A stretch of DNA of 63,656 nucleotides, counting the filler. It is 7 parts of 7 records of this genome, joined end to end, with 100 filler letters (N's around TTAATTAATTAA, not from the genome) between each part and the next. Parts side by side here need not be neighbours in the genome. Positions count along the whole stretch, not along the records: positions 1 to 9,714 come from SRR31147125_5466; 6 more parts are not named here. One strand, written 5' to 3'. The translations under genes were made by a program, and so were the position numbers. The notes under the pieces were generated by a model. That model was not told where the DNA came from, did not search any database, and saw only the letters and a list, made by a program, of their open reading frames with translations. Below, one piece after another: positions 1-9,814 of the stretch (the first letter of the stretch is position 1; each line of letters opens with the position of its first letter).

Positions 1-837
1 AACATCATCCCAAGTCTGCGTCATTGAATCTGGATCAAGAAGATCTCTTTGGTATAGATCGTTAAAGAATTTTAATGTCTCTAGGTAAGGACCATCTGGC
101 TGTAATGCATCATAATATTCGCCTGTTTCAACATTATATAAGCCAACACCTAATTCATCATATCCATAATATGCAGTGGCCATTGCTTTTACATACATAA
201 CCATGTTTCCATCCCAGTCTGGCCATAAAGAAACAGCATATGTAGGGTTCCCAGAATCATCTGTTGGGCAAATCTCTTTCATTTGTGCCATCAATTCAAC
301 AAAGTCATCTAAGTCTTTTACTTCAGGATAACCTAATTCCTTGTATAAATCCCAACGCAAATCCCAAGTGTAGAAGAAAGAGTCATGGTCTTCGCTTGAT
401 GTGGCTACGCCATGACCAAAACCATATAAAGTGCCATCTGAAATCTCTTTGTTTTTCTCTAATGCATAAGGCATATTTTCTTTAATATATGAACCATATT
501 CATCAATCAACCCGTCTTCTTCCCAATCAAACAATAATCCTTGTTCAACTGCGCCCAAATATTGCTCTCCGTCACTACCCCAGACAACAATGTCCCCTAG
601 ATTGCCAGACTCCATTCTTGTGTCATAAACACCATCTGCTTCTGGTACTATTATTAACTTAACATTAAATCTTTCTAATAATTCTTGTGCAAACCACCCT
701 GTCATCTCTCCTGAATAGTTAGCAGTCTGACTATATACTGTTAGAGTTATAGCATCATCTTTTTTCTTTCCGCAGCCTGTAAACATTGACATTAACATAA
801 CTGCAACCAATAAAATTAGTAAAGTTCTTCTTTTCAT
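1..837 (-). CDS. Carbohydrate ABC transporter substrate-binding lipoprotein (3'-truncated by window edge)
   Basis: Not in ORF track. Manual translation gives MKRRTLLILLVAVMLMSMFTGCGKKKDDAITLTVYSQTANYSGEMTGWFAQ..., with a lipobox (FTG-C) and an AAGGAGG RBS upstream. It follows two sugar ABC permeases. Confidence 0.88.
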   Translation of the reverse strand, partial: MKRRTLLILLVAVMLMSMFTGCGKKKDDAITLTVYSQTANYSGEMTGWFAQELLERFNVKLIIVPEADGVYDTRMESGNLGDIVVWGSDGEQYLGAVEQGLLFDWEEDGLIDEYGSYIKENMPYALEKNKEISDGTLYGFGHGVATSSEDHDSFFYTWDLRWDLYKELGYPEVKDLDDFVELMAQMKEICPTDDSGNPTYAVSLWPDWDGNMVMYVKAMATAYYGYDELGVGLYNVETGEYYDALQPDGPYLETLKFFNDLYQRDLLDPDSMTQTWDDV

Positions 838-871
838 ATTTTCCTCCTTCTATTTAATATAAATATTGCGT

Positions 872-1783
872 CTAGCCTTTAACCGCTCCTAACATAATAC
901 CCTTTTCAAAATACCTTTGCATAAAAGGATATACCATGAGTATTGGTATAATACTTACCATTGAAATTGTATACTTTATTACTTTTCCATTTAATGCATT
1001 CTGAATAGCTGCTGCAGATGCACTTCCCGATTGCATCAAGGCTGCCAAATTGTTTGAAGTGTTCAAATAAGTATATAACTTATGTTGAATTGTATGCAGT
1101 TTAGGTGCGTTCTGCATCAAAATCAATGAATCTGTAAATGAGTTCCAATGCCCAACTGCACCAAAAATTGCTATAGTCGCCAAAATAGGTTTGCTTAATG
1201 GCCATATAATACGTCTGAATATAAGAAAGTACCCTGCACCATCCATAAATGCGCTCTCCTCAACTTCAGCTGGTATAGATTCAATGTAAGTTTTAACCAA
1301 GATTACATTAAAAGGAGCGATAATCCCCGGAATAATATATGCCATGAAGTTATTTGTAAGACCTAACATAGACATATTTAAGTACCAAGGTATTAAACCT
1401 GCATTAAAATACATGGTTATAATTAAGAACCGATACCAAAATTGTCTTCCCCACATTTCTTTTTTTGTCACCAAGTAGCCAACAAAAGCAGATGCCGCAA
1501 CCATCAGTGCTGTTCCTATAATCGTACGACCAACAGAAACCATAAAAGACGTACCCAAATCATTAACACTTGTAAGCGACAAGTAATTACTTATATGCAG
1601 CCCTTGTGGTATAAAATTTATTAGCCCGCGCTGAACTAAATCATTATCTGAAATTGTGTTAATAAATAAATAGTAAAACGGAAACAGGCAACTTAAAGTA
1701 AAGAGCGCAAACACTGTGTAATTGATGATATTAAATATAATATCACCAGCTTTTGGTTTATTAAAATTATTATAGCTTTTCAT
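872..1783 (-). CDS. Carbohydrate ABC transporter permease (LplC/YtcP type)
   Basis: About 6 TM helices, EAA loop (EESAFMDGAG), C-terminal YPFMQRYFEKGIMLGAVKG. Confidence 0.93.
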   Translation of the reverse strand: MKSYNNFNKPKAGDIIFNIINYTVFALFTLSCLFPFYYLFINTISDNDLVQRGLINFIPQGLHISNYLSLTSVNDLGTSFMVSVGRTIIGTALMVAASAFVGYLVTKKEMWGRQFWYRFLIITMYFNAGLIPWYLNMSMLGLTNNFMAYIIPGIIAPFNVILVKTYIESIPAEVEESAFMDGAGYFLIFRRIIWPLSKPILATIAIFGAVGHWNSFTDSLILMQNAPKLHTIQHKLYTYLNTSNNLAALMQSGSASAAAIQNALNGKVIKYTISMVSIIPILMVYPFMQRYFEKGIMLGAVKG

Positions 1784-1794
1784 CCTAATCCCCC

Positions 1795-3288
1795 CTAAAC
1801 AATGCTTTCGCCGCGAACTACTTTAGACAATCTGTTAGCAATGAATAGTAAAATAACACTAATTACAGATTTCATCATACCTATAACTGTTGACAATGGT
1901 ATAACTCCCTTTTGTATTCCTAGCTGATAAACATATAAGTCTAAGACAGTGATAGTGGTTGTATTGGTGGCATTTTCAAATACTAAGTATTGATCCATAC
2001 CGTTACTCAAAATAGCTGCTATTGACATAACTAAAAGAACAAAGTACGTTGGCATCAAAGATGGTAATGTAATGTATCTCATTTTTTGAAAACGTCCTGC
2101 ACCATCCACAGTTGCCGCCTCATACAATTGAGGGTCAATACCTGATATCGATGCAATATAGATAATAGCACTCCACCCTAGACCTTTCCACATTCCCCAT
2201 GCAAGCATTTTCAACCAGATAAATGAATCACCCATCAAATAATTCGTGGTCATATCTTCGCCTGTTATTCTTGACATTAATTCATTTACAAACCCATCTG
2301 TTGAGAACATGGCTAATGCCAATGCATACACCAAAACCCAGCTAATGAAATTAGGGATTGTTGTAAAAACTTGTACAAATCGCTTGAATCTTGCATTTTT
2401 AGCTTCAACTAAAAAAACGGCAAATATCATTGGTACCCAACTTGTTGCAATACCCAATCCACTCATAGCCAAAGTGTTTCTAAGAACTCTGAAAAGGTTC
2501 TGACGTGTAGCTTCTGTTTTAAACAATGCTACAAACCACTTGAATCCTACAAAGTTCTCCATAGATAATGTTTCGCCTGCATCATAGTTAAAAAAAGCAT
2601 ATCTCCATCCCCATAATGGTAAATACGAAAAAACAAATATTAATGCCAGGAAAGGTAAGTACATTAAAAATAATCGATACTTTCTATCAATCTTATACGG
2701 CATGTCTTTTTTTGCTTTTGGTGTTGCATAAATTAAAACAAGCGATATTAAAAATACTATAATTGCTATAGCAAGAAAAAAATAAAAGCCTGATGCAAAC
2801 TGGGGCTCGACTCTTTCTGGGTATTCAGTCAAACTCACTTGTTTGTAGGCGGTGTATACGCCAATTAACCCTGCAAATTGTACAATACTGCCAATTAGGG
2901 TTAACTTATTTGCTAAATTCTTAAACTTTAAATTTCCCAAAGATAAGCTTCCACCTGTTGCTGCTAATGCAATGCCTATGCATAATATTATGCTTGCTAT
3001 AAAAACTGTAACAAAAGCACTTTCTGCTACCCAGCCTTTTGACATAGCTCGGATTGCTTCCTGCGTTAAACTTGAGTAGGAAACTGCCGATGTGAAAAGT
3101 GACATCGTTTTATTTATATAACCAGTAATTTTAGACGGGTTTATGGTCGGGAAAAACATCATAGCTGCAGAAAGAAGCACTCCCAATCGCATGACGTATG
3201 CCATACTTCGTACGGCTAAGTTATTTGAACGATCCTCTATCATCAAAATTCTCCCAAATCTATTGCTGTTAAAAAACTTTAAATCCAT
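1795..3288 (-). CDS. Carbohydrate ABC transporter permease (LplB type) with a ~190-aa extra N-terminal membrane domain
   Basis: EAA motif (LYEAATVDGAGRFQKMRYITLP), FVGFKWF and PNFISWV motifs, plus additional hydrophobic helices at the N-terminus. Confidence 0.92.
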   Translation of the reverse strand: MDLKFFNSNRFGRILMIEDRSNNLAVRSMAYVMRLGVLLSAAMMFFPTINPSKITGYINKTMSLFTSAVSYSSLTQEAIRAMSKGWVAESAFVTVFIASIILCIGIALAATGGSLSLGNLKFKNLANKLTLIGSIVQFAGLIGVYTAYKQVSLTEYPERVEPQFASGFYFFLAIAIIVFLISLVLIYATPKAKKDMPYKIDRKYRLFLMYLPFLALIFVFSYLPLWGWRYAFFNYDAGETLSMENFVGFKWFVALFKTEATRQNLFRVLRNTLAMSGLGIATSWVPMIFAVFLVEAKNARFKRFVQVFTTIPNFISWVLVYALALAMFSTDGFVNELMSRITGEDMTTNYLMGDSFIWLKMLAWGMWKGLGWSAIIYIASISGIDPQLYEAATVDGAGRFQKMRYITLPSLMPTYFVLLVMSIAAILSNGMDQYLVFENATNTTTITVLDLYVYQLGIQKGVIPLSTVIGMMKSVISVILLFIANRLSKVVRGESIV

Positions 3289-3388
3289 ACATACCAGCAG
3301 TCAAGCTGCCTTCTGAGTATAATTCACAATTAAACTATATTTGAAAATAGTATTCTAACAATTTGTATACAAAACTTTTATTATAAAG

Positions 3389-3425
3389 TAAAACGGAAGA
3401 GGCAAACACAAGGTTTACCTCATCC
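3389..3425 (-). terminator. Intrinsic terminator-like stem-loop after the CBM-repeat gene
   Basis: Minus strand GGATGAGGTAAAC-cttgt-GTTTGCCTCTTCC followed by GTTTTACTTT. Confidence 0.65.
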
Positions 3426-3446
3426 TAAAAAATCATTAATAAAAAT

Positions 3447-5201
3447 CTATTGCTTCTTTTTCTTAAGAGCTAATGTAATGCCACCGATTACAACAACAGC
3501 ACCAACAACTATAGCAATAATAACGCCTAGTGGCAGTCCACCATCTTCTGCTTCTGCTGTAACTTCTTCTGCTGCTGGTTCAATTGTTTCTTCTGCAGCT
3601 GGGTCTTCATCAATTACAGCACCAGTGTTAAGACCTGTACCTTCAAGTGTAAATACAACCTTAATTTCTTCTGCAGGAGTTAAAACATCTGGCATTACTA
3701 CTGGACTGTCTTCAGTACCTGTTCCCCAAACATTATACAGTTCAAAGCGAAGTCTGCCATTGCCTTCAATGTCACCAACAATGATATTGTTGCTCAAAGA
3801 ATTAACTTTTTCACCATCTACATAAACTTCAACAGTTACTTCTGCATCGGTGTCTGTCAATGTTTCATCATCAGCTTCTCTTAATGTACCTAGCTCTACC
3901 ATTGCTCTACCAAGGTCTTCAATGTCTATTAAGAATACTTGGCCTTCAGTTGCTTGGCCTGTAGCTCCTATATCTTCAGCTTTTAAGTATACTTCATATT
4001 TACCATCACCAATAACAGTTGTATCGCCTGATAAACCTGGTGCATATGCTTCCCAAGCGCCGCTTACATCACTAAACATCATGAATGCGTTGAATTCTGT
4101 AGGCATTACATATTCTTCTTCCTCTTGTGCTTCTGGTTCTTCACCTTCCATTAGAGTAAATGTAACTTCAACAGTTTCAATATCTGTATAGGCTGTTCCA
4201 TCAACAGGTGCTGCTGATACTTCAGAGTAATCTAAGCCGTTAGCACGACCTTCTGTTACTTCTTCAACCCATGTGTTATACAGATTTGTTCTTGTATCTT
4301 CTTTATTATCAGTAGTTGTATAAGTATTGCCAACTTCGACATCTTCATCGTTAATTTTAACTGAATCAATTTGCATATAGCAATTTGGGAAATAAAGCTC
4401 ACCGTTATCAACTTCTACATCCATAAATACGATATCAGGGCAAACGCCACCTTCAACTCCTGTGAAGTCTAATGAAACTGTATATTGTCCATAGCCTGTT
4501 ACTGTTGCGTTATTAGCTACAACAGGTGCATAATCATTGTCATCAAACCAATATTGGTATGCCCATGAATTGTCAGCCATAGAGATATATGCTGTAGTTC
4601 CTTCTTCAGGTAATTCAGCTGCTGCAACTGCACCACCAAAAGCAACACCTTCACCTAATGTAAAAGTAACTTCGATAGTTTCAATTTCTTTTAAGTCTGT
4701 TTTGTCTAATGGTATTGCTGATATGTCAGCATCATCACCATCTGCTGTACGTCCTTCAGCAATTTCAGAAACCCACTCATTATATAAGTTTGTACGAGTT
4801 GCCTTGCCATCATCAGATGTTGTGTAAGTTTTGCCAAATTCTACTTCTTCACCATTGATTTTTAATGAATCAATTGTCATATAGCTATCTGGACATAAAG
4901 CTTCACCATTTGAAACCTCTACATCTAAAAATGCTATTCCTGTAGCAAATCCAGCTTCTGTACCTGTAAAATCTAGTGAAACTGTATACTGTCCATAGCC
5001 TGTTACTGCTACATTATTTGCAACAACTGGTGCGTAATCCTTGTCATCATACCAGTATTGTGTTACCCAAGCTTCATCTGCAAAAGTTAAATAAGCCGTT
5101 GCCTCCTCTTCAGCAAATACTGGCACTGCAAATAAACTAAAACTAGTTAATACCAATACAAATGCTAGAAAAAAAGTACCTAATCTACGATTTCTTTTCA
5201 T
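3447..5201 (-). CDS. Secreted, C-terminally membrane-anchored protein with three tandem ~165-aa CBM-like modules and no catalytic domain seen
   Basis: Signal peptide (..VPVFA). Repeats 1 and 2 share YW.DD.DYAPVVANN..VTGYGQYTVSLDFTG...TRTNLYN.WV with a 504-nt period, and a third copy is diverged (LRFELYNVWG). Acidic linker, TM helix and KKKKQ tail. Confidence 0.75.
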   Translation of the reverse strand: MKRNRRLGTFFLAFVLVLTSFSLFAVPVFAEEEATAYLTFADEAWVTQYWYDDKDYAPVVANNVAVTGYGQYTVSLDFTGTEAGFATGIAFLDVEVSNGEALCPDSYMTIDSLKINGEEVEFGKTYTTSDDGKATRTNLYNEWVSEIAEGRTADGDDADISAIPLDKTDLKEIETIEVTFTLGEGVAFGGAVAAAELPEEGTTAYISMADNSWAYQYWFDDNDYAPVVANNATVTGYGQYTVSLDFTGVEGGVCPDIVFMDVEVDNGELYFPNCYMQIDSVKINDEDVEVGNTYTTTDNKEDTRTNLYNTWVEEVTEGRANGLDYSEVSAAPVDGTAYTDIETVEVTFTLMEGEEPEAQEEEEYVMPTEFNAFMMFSDVSGAWEAYAPGLSGDTTVIGDGKYEVYLKAEDIGATGQATEGQVFLIDIEDLGRAMVELGTLREADDETLTDTDAEVTVEVYVDGEKVNSLSNNIIVGDIEGNGRLRFELYNVWGTGTEDSPVVMPDVLTPAEEIKVVFTLEGTGLNTGAVIDEDPAAEETIEPAAEEVTAEAEDGGLPLGVIIAIVVGAVVVIGGITLALKKKKQ

Positions 5202-5668
5202 TTCTAATCCTCCTAATTCTTAATAATTCTTAATAATTTATAGCAAGGCACAATTGCCTTGCCTATTTAAGTCTACAGTAGAAATTATTAAAAAAAACCA
5301 TTCCTTTTTGACATAAAATACCTTAATAATTATAGGTTTTGCTTGTAAATCGTACAATTTCTCTAAAAATTAATGTAATTTTAATAATATTAACTATTTG
5401 CTAGAACCGAAATGTTAAGCGTTTAATTTTAATAAAGAAATGAAGGATAGGATAAAAATGATATTTTGACATATTCTGAATTTTCATGAACAAATCATGC
5501 ATTTTTTTTCGTCTATTGGCGAGTATTTTCATGTTATTTAATGTTTAAATACAGCTTAGCGTTTTATAACCTTAAAACGTTAAACTATAATGATTTATTA
5601 CGAATGGAATCGGGTTCAGCCCCTTATTTTTGTTTTGTTGAGAGGATAAATTAGCAGGTATACTCCCC

Positions 5669-5841
5669 GTGATTAATTGTAGAAAGTAAATAAGTATTTT
5701 GGTAAACTACATGTTCTAAAAGATGTTGACTTGGAGGTTATAGAAGGGGAGAAGCTAGTTGTAATAGATCTTTCCGGTTTAGGGAAATCTACAATGGTGC
5801 GCTGCATGAACTTTTTAGATTAGTCGACCAGTGAAAATGTT
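5669..5841 (+). pseudogene. Remnant of a polar amino-acid ABC ATPase (GlnQ-like) 5' end
   Basis: Reads (V)NKYFGKLHVLKDVDLEVIEGEKLVVIDLSGLGKSTMVRCMNFLD*STSENV, with a decayed Walker A, a frameshift near 5685 and an in-frame stop at 5821. Confidence 0.8.
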
Positions 5842-5894
5842 AATCTGTATTCCAATATTACTGTTTTTATTAAAACTTACCCCTGAACCTATAT

Positions 5895-7448
5895 CTATAG
5901 CTTGACTAATCTAAACCAATCAAAATCAACATAGTTTCTATCAGTTTGCTCTACGCATGTTCCAAATAGCCCGATACAAGTACCAACAAATCCGCCTGCA
6001 ACATCAGTAGATAAAATACGGCTATCAATTTTTTCTGCTATAATTATATAATCGTCTTTGCTTAATAATTTATAAGAAAAATATAAATCCTGTAGGTGTG
6101 CATGCACCTTTAAGAACCATCTGCAATTATCGCTGTGAACCTGTTCTGATGCTATTATTTCCTCAGTGCCTTCTTTGCATCGTATCAACTCTATAAAATG
6201 CTTATTTTCTTTCTTTGTAAGGCTTAGCGAATAATAGTATTCATTACTTTGATATAATGTAATGCCTGCTCTGTCTCCTTCATTTGGAACAAATTCAAAA
6301 CATGTCTCAGCGGTATAGTCAATGGATGTCTGCCTTTGGCATACAAAGCTAGGACTTTTAAGATTGTTTAATCCTATTGAAGATAGATACATTCGTAGGC
6401 AGCTAGATCTTTCAGTCAGCGAATAATTATCTATTATAGGATTACGCAAATACATAAAATGATCTGCTAAATTAACATCGTCAAAATGCTCAAGTTCTTC
6501 TATTGGCTGTGGCTCAAAATATGGTAAATTCGGCAAATCGCCAGATTCCTCTACTTTGCCTACACCTGGATTAATAACAGGCCAACCCTCTTGCCAATCT
6601 AATTTTACTAGAAAAGTTTCGCGTCCTAGGTTTTTGTAATATCCGCCATAAGGGCGTGATGCTAGAAGCACCATCCACCATTCGCCATTTTGTGTCTCAA
6701 CCATATCCGCGTGTCCTACATTTACTATTGGATAATTATGCCCTAAATGTCTATGCGTTAATATAGGATTATGATCACATCCTTCAAAATACTCTGTTAA
6801 ACTTTTGCTTCTGGCTATCGTTAGTGCATGTTCATGCCCTGTTCCCCCTTCGGAAATTAATAAATAATACCAACCATCTTTTTTGTAGATATGCGGTCCT
6901 TCAACCCAGCCGGTATTTTTTAGTGCTCCATGCCAAGCAGCATAAGACTCTCCTGCCAAAGTCATAGTTTCCAAATCTAATTCCTGAATATATATTTCGT
7001 TGTCACCATAATACTTCGAGCCTTCACGCCTTGCCATTGAACCGCAACAGTAACATTTGCCATCATCATCAAAAAATAAGCTGGGGTCTATACCATCGTG
7101 CAAGAAAAAATAAGGTTCTGACCAAGGACCTCCTGGATTAGTTGCAGTAACAACAAAATTACCTCTATCACTAACATTAGTGGTTATCATATAGAACACA
7201 CCTTTATGATAGCGGATTGTAGGTGCAAATATCCCAGTTGAATGTCCGCCCTTTTTTAGTAATATCTGCGATTCTCTATTTAATACATTACCAATTTGAT
7301 TCCAATGAACCAAATCCTTACTATGGAAAATAGGTACACCGGGAAAATAGGTGAAAGTTGATGTTACCATATAATAATCTTCATCCACTCTGCAAATAGA
7401 TGGGTCTGGATAGAAGCCTGGGAGTATAGGATTTTGGTATTTATTCAT
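5895..7448 (-). CDS. GH43 beta-xylosidase/alpha-L-arabinofuranosidase with C-terminal beta-sandwich (XynB-like)
   Basis: NPILPGFYPDPSICRV, GIFAPTIRYH, IDPSLFFDDDG, EGPHIYK, GHADMVET and GGFVG motifs. No signal peptide. Confidence 0.95.
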   Translation of the reverse strand: MNKYQNPILPGFYPDPSICRVDEDYYMVTSTFTYFPGVPIFHSKDLVHWNQIGNVLNRESQILLKKGGHSTGIFAPTIRYHKGVFYMITTNVSDRGNFVVTATNPGGPWSEPYFFLHDGIDPSLFFDDDGKCYCCGSMARREGSKYYGDNEIYIQELDLETMTLAGESYAAWHGALKNTGWVEGPHIYKKDGWYYLLISEGGTGHEHALTIARSKSLTEYFEGCDHNPILTHRHLGHNYPIVNVGHADMVETQNGEWWMVLLASRPYGGYYKNLGRETFLVKLDWQEGWPVINPGVGKVEESGDLPNLPYFEPQPIEELEHFDDVNLADHFMYLRNPIIDNYSLTERSSCLRMYLSSIGLNNLKSPSFVCQRQTSIDYTAETCFEFVPNEGDRAGITLYQSNEYYYSLSLTKKENKHFIELIRCKEGTEEIIASEQVHSDNCRWFLKVHAHLQDLYFSYKLLSKDDYIIIAEKIDSRILSTDVAGGFVGTCIGLFGTCVEQTDRNYVDFDWFRLVKL

Positions 7449-7699
7449 GTATTACCTCCATGTGTATAATCTAAAGTAATGATTGTGACTTGTCAATAGG
7501 AATTGGGTTAATAGTTATATATTTACTTTTAAAAACTGTAAAAAAGTAGATTTAAGATATTAGTAAGTTGAATTTTGCAGATGTTAATGATGATGGTATA
7601 ATAGATATAATTGATTATACTTGTAACATTTGACATGCTGGATGTTGAACTATTGTATAAATAAATTGATAAATAGAAAAATGGTAAAGAGGAAATAGA

Positions 7700-8851
7700 A
7701 TGATGAATTTGAAAAAGTTATTGATATCGTTTTTTCTAATGATGATAGGCTCAATAGCGATTATGGGAACAGTATTTGCCGGAGTGTCTATTTCTGGTTC
7801 TAGTAATGTATACCCTGGAAGATCATACACCTATACGGTGAAAGTGACGGAAACCGCGTCATCCATAATGGGTAAAGCGTCAACAGGAGGAGTACTGGGC
7901 AGCCAAACAAAAACGTGGAGTAAAGACTCATCAAGCGGCTTAAACCAAAACTTAACTGCTACAACAAAGATTACGGTTACTATACCAAGTTCGGCAACTA
8001 TTGGTTCAACTGGCAGCATAACTGTATCTGGGCAGGGTTCATCCTACGATGGCGGGACTGTAAGCAAATTTAGCATTTCTGGTTCAAAGACGATCAAAGT
8101 TGTTGCATCGCCAACTCCCGAACCACCAACAGCATGGGAGCTAGCTATTAAAGAGATTAATAAAGTGGAAGATAACGGAAGCATTACTATTGAAATGGAT
8201 CCCGAGGATACTAAAGAAATTAATGCTCCAAAAGAAGTATTTCAAGCTATTAAAGAAAAGGGAGTAGTGATGACAGTTGACTATGGTACCTTTCAATGCG
8301 TAATTGATGGAAAAAATGTAGGTACAGTCGCAGACGGGTTGGAAGATATTAACTTAGGTTTGGAAATGCAGCCTGCTGAAAGATCGGATGATATGCTGGT
8401 GTTTACACCGAATAATACATCGACTTTTATATACGCAATAACCTATGTGCTAAAACCTAACTTACCACTTCCTGAAGATATGATATATGTATACAGATAC
8501 TACACAAGCAACGGAGTAACTGAGTATGTAAACGGTGCAGCATCAGATGAAAACGGCAATGTATTAGTTTATATATTTGCACCAGGTAAGTATGTAGTAT
8601 CTGCTGCAAGTATAGATGGTACAGAAGGCAACATGGATATAGAGACATTTGTTGAACTTTTTGCAACACCTACTCCTGAACCAACACCAGAGCCTACGCC
8701 AACTCCTACACCGTCCCCTACACCAGAACCTGTTGTACAAGAACCAGAAGCAACTCCAATTATATGGCTCTTAAGCGGATTATTAGCTGTATTGTTTGTA
8801 GGTTTTATTATCACACTTATTATGTTTAAAAAGAAGAGTAGTATGAGCTAA
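7700..8851 (+). CDS. Cell-surface protein (signal peptide, Ser/Thr-rich Ig-like domain, PT/PE linker, C-terminal TM anchor)
   Basis: N-terminal signal, TPTPEPTPEPTPTPTPSPTPEP linker, hydrophobic C-terminus plus KKK. Confidence 0.75.
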   Translation: MMNLKKLLISFFLMMIGSIAIMGTVFAGVSISGSSNVYPGRSYTYTVKVTETASSIMGKASTGGVLGSQTKTWSKDSSSGLNQNLTATTKITVTIPSSATIGSTGSITVSGQGSSYDGGTVSKFSISGSKTIKVVASPTPEPPTAWELAIKEINKVEDNGSITIEMDPEDTKEINAPKEVFQAIKEKGVVMTVDYGTFQCVIDGKNVGTVADGLEDINLGLEMQPAERSDDMLVFTPNNTSTFIYAITYVLKPNLPLPEDMIYVYRYYTSNGVTEYVNGAASDENGNVLVYIFAPGKYVVSAASIDGTEGNMDIETFVELFATPTPEPTPEPTPTPTPSPTPEPVVQEPEATPIIWLLSGLLAVLFVGFIITLIMFKKKSSMS

Positions 8852-8887
8852 TAAAGATGATTATTTTTCTATTTAAGCTAAGTAAAG

Positions 8888-8909
8888 GGCTATCCGATTT
8901 CGGGTAGCC
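8888..8909 (+). terminator. Stem-loop, probable terminator
   Basis: GGCTATCCG-attt-CGGGTAGCC about 35 nt after the stop. The U-tract is weak. Confidence 0.45.
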
Positions 8910-9102
8910 TAATATATTGATGTAATTATAGCATCAGTTGTTACAATTACAAATATTATGTCAAAAAACAATTTTTACATTGATTAAATTTTAACACTCG
9001 TATATAATATGTGCAATATATGGATAATATAGGTAATGTGTGTTGAGATATTGTAAATAAAACTATTCCGTTTTGATAATACGGAATTGAAGAAAGGAAA
9101 TT

Positions 9103-9714
9103 ATGAAAACCAGAAAATTAATTATTTTCATGTTAGTCATTATGACAGTACTACTTTTGGTTTCATGCATTGATAATCAACAAAACGAAAATGAGCAAGT
9201 GACTAATCAACCTATTGAACACGGAGAAACTGACACTATATCCTCAAGCTTTGCAAATGCAAAAGGTGAAGTTATAACAACGGACAAAGTAGAAAATGAA
9301 GAAGGAGGCTATTTTATACCAATTCCAGAATCTTGGTTTGGTAAAGTATCCTATGAACTTGATGGAACACATACCTACATCTATCATATAACACAAGATG
9401 AAAATGAACTGGAAATTAATCCTGTTATTTTGCATATTGATGCAACAACTGATATCGACCCTAATACTACTGGTATAAACATTTTTATGGAATTAGGTGA
9501 GATGAAATTCTACGAGGTATTAAGAAGGGATGCTCCGTATACTGAAGGATCAAAGGATCTTGAAGAATTTATGGAGATTTATGAAGAAGTTGAAAGCGTT
9601 TTGCTATGTGTTTGGGTGCTTGATGAATCAAAGTGGCAGGAATATATATCTCCTACAAGCTCTTATGCTTTTACTTGTACTGATGCTTACATAGGCAATA
9701 TAATAATAGGTAGG
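9103..9714 (+). CDS. Hypothetical lipoprotein (3'-truncated at contig end)
   Basis: Lipobox LLVS-C, AAGGA RBS, open frame running into the gap. Confidence 0.7.
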
Positions 9715-9814
9715 NNNNNNNNNNNNNNNNNNNNNNNNNNNNNNNNNNNNNNNNNNNNTTAATTAATTAANNNNNNNNNNNNNNNNNNNNNNNNNNNNNN
9801 NNNNNNNNNNNNNN
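9715..9814. other. Artificial contig linker
   Basis: N44-TTAATTAATTAA-N44. GC content jumps across it. Confidence 0.99.

Noticed and set aside
8668-8730. Tandem DNA repeat
   Set aside because: It simply encodes the Pro/Thr/Glu linker with varied codons.
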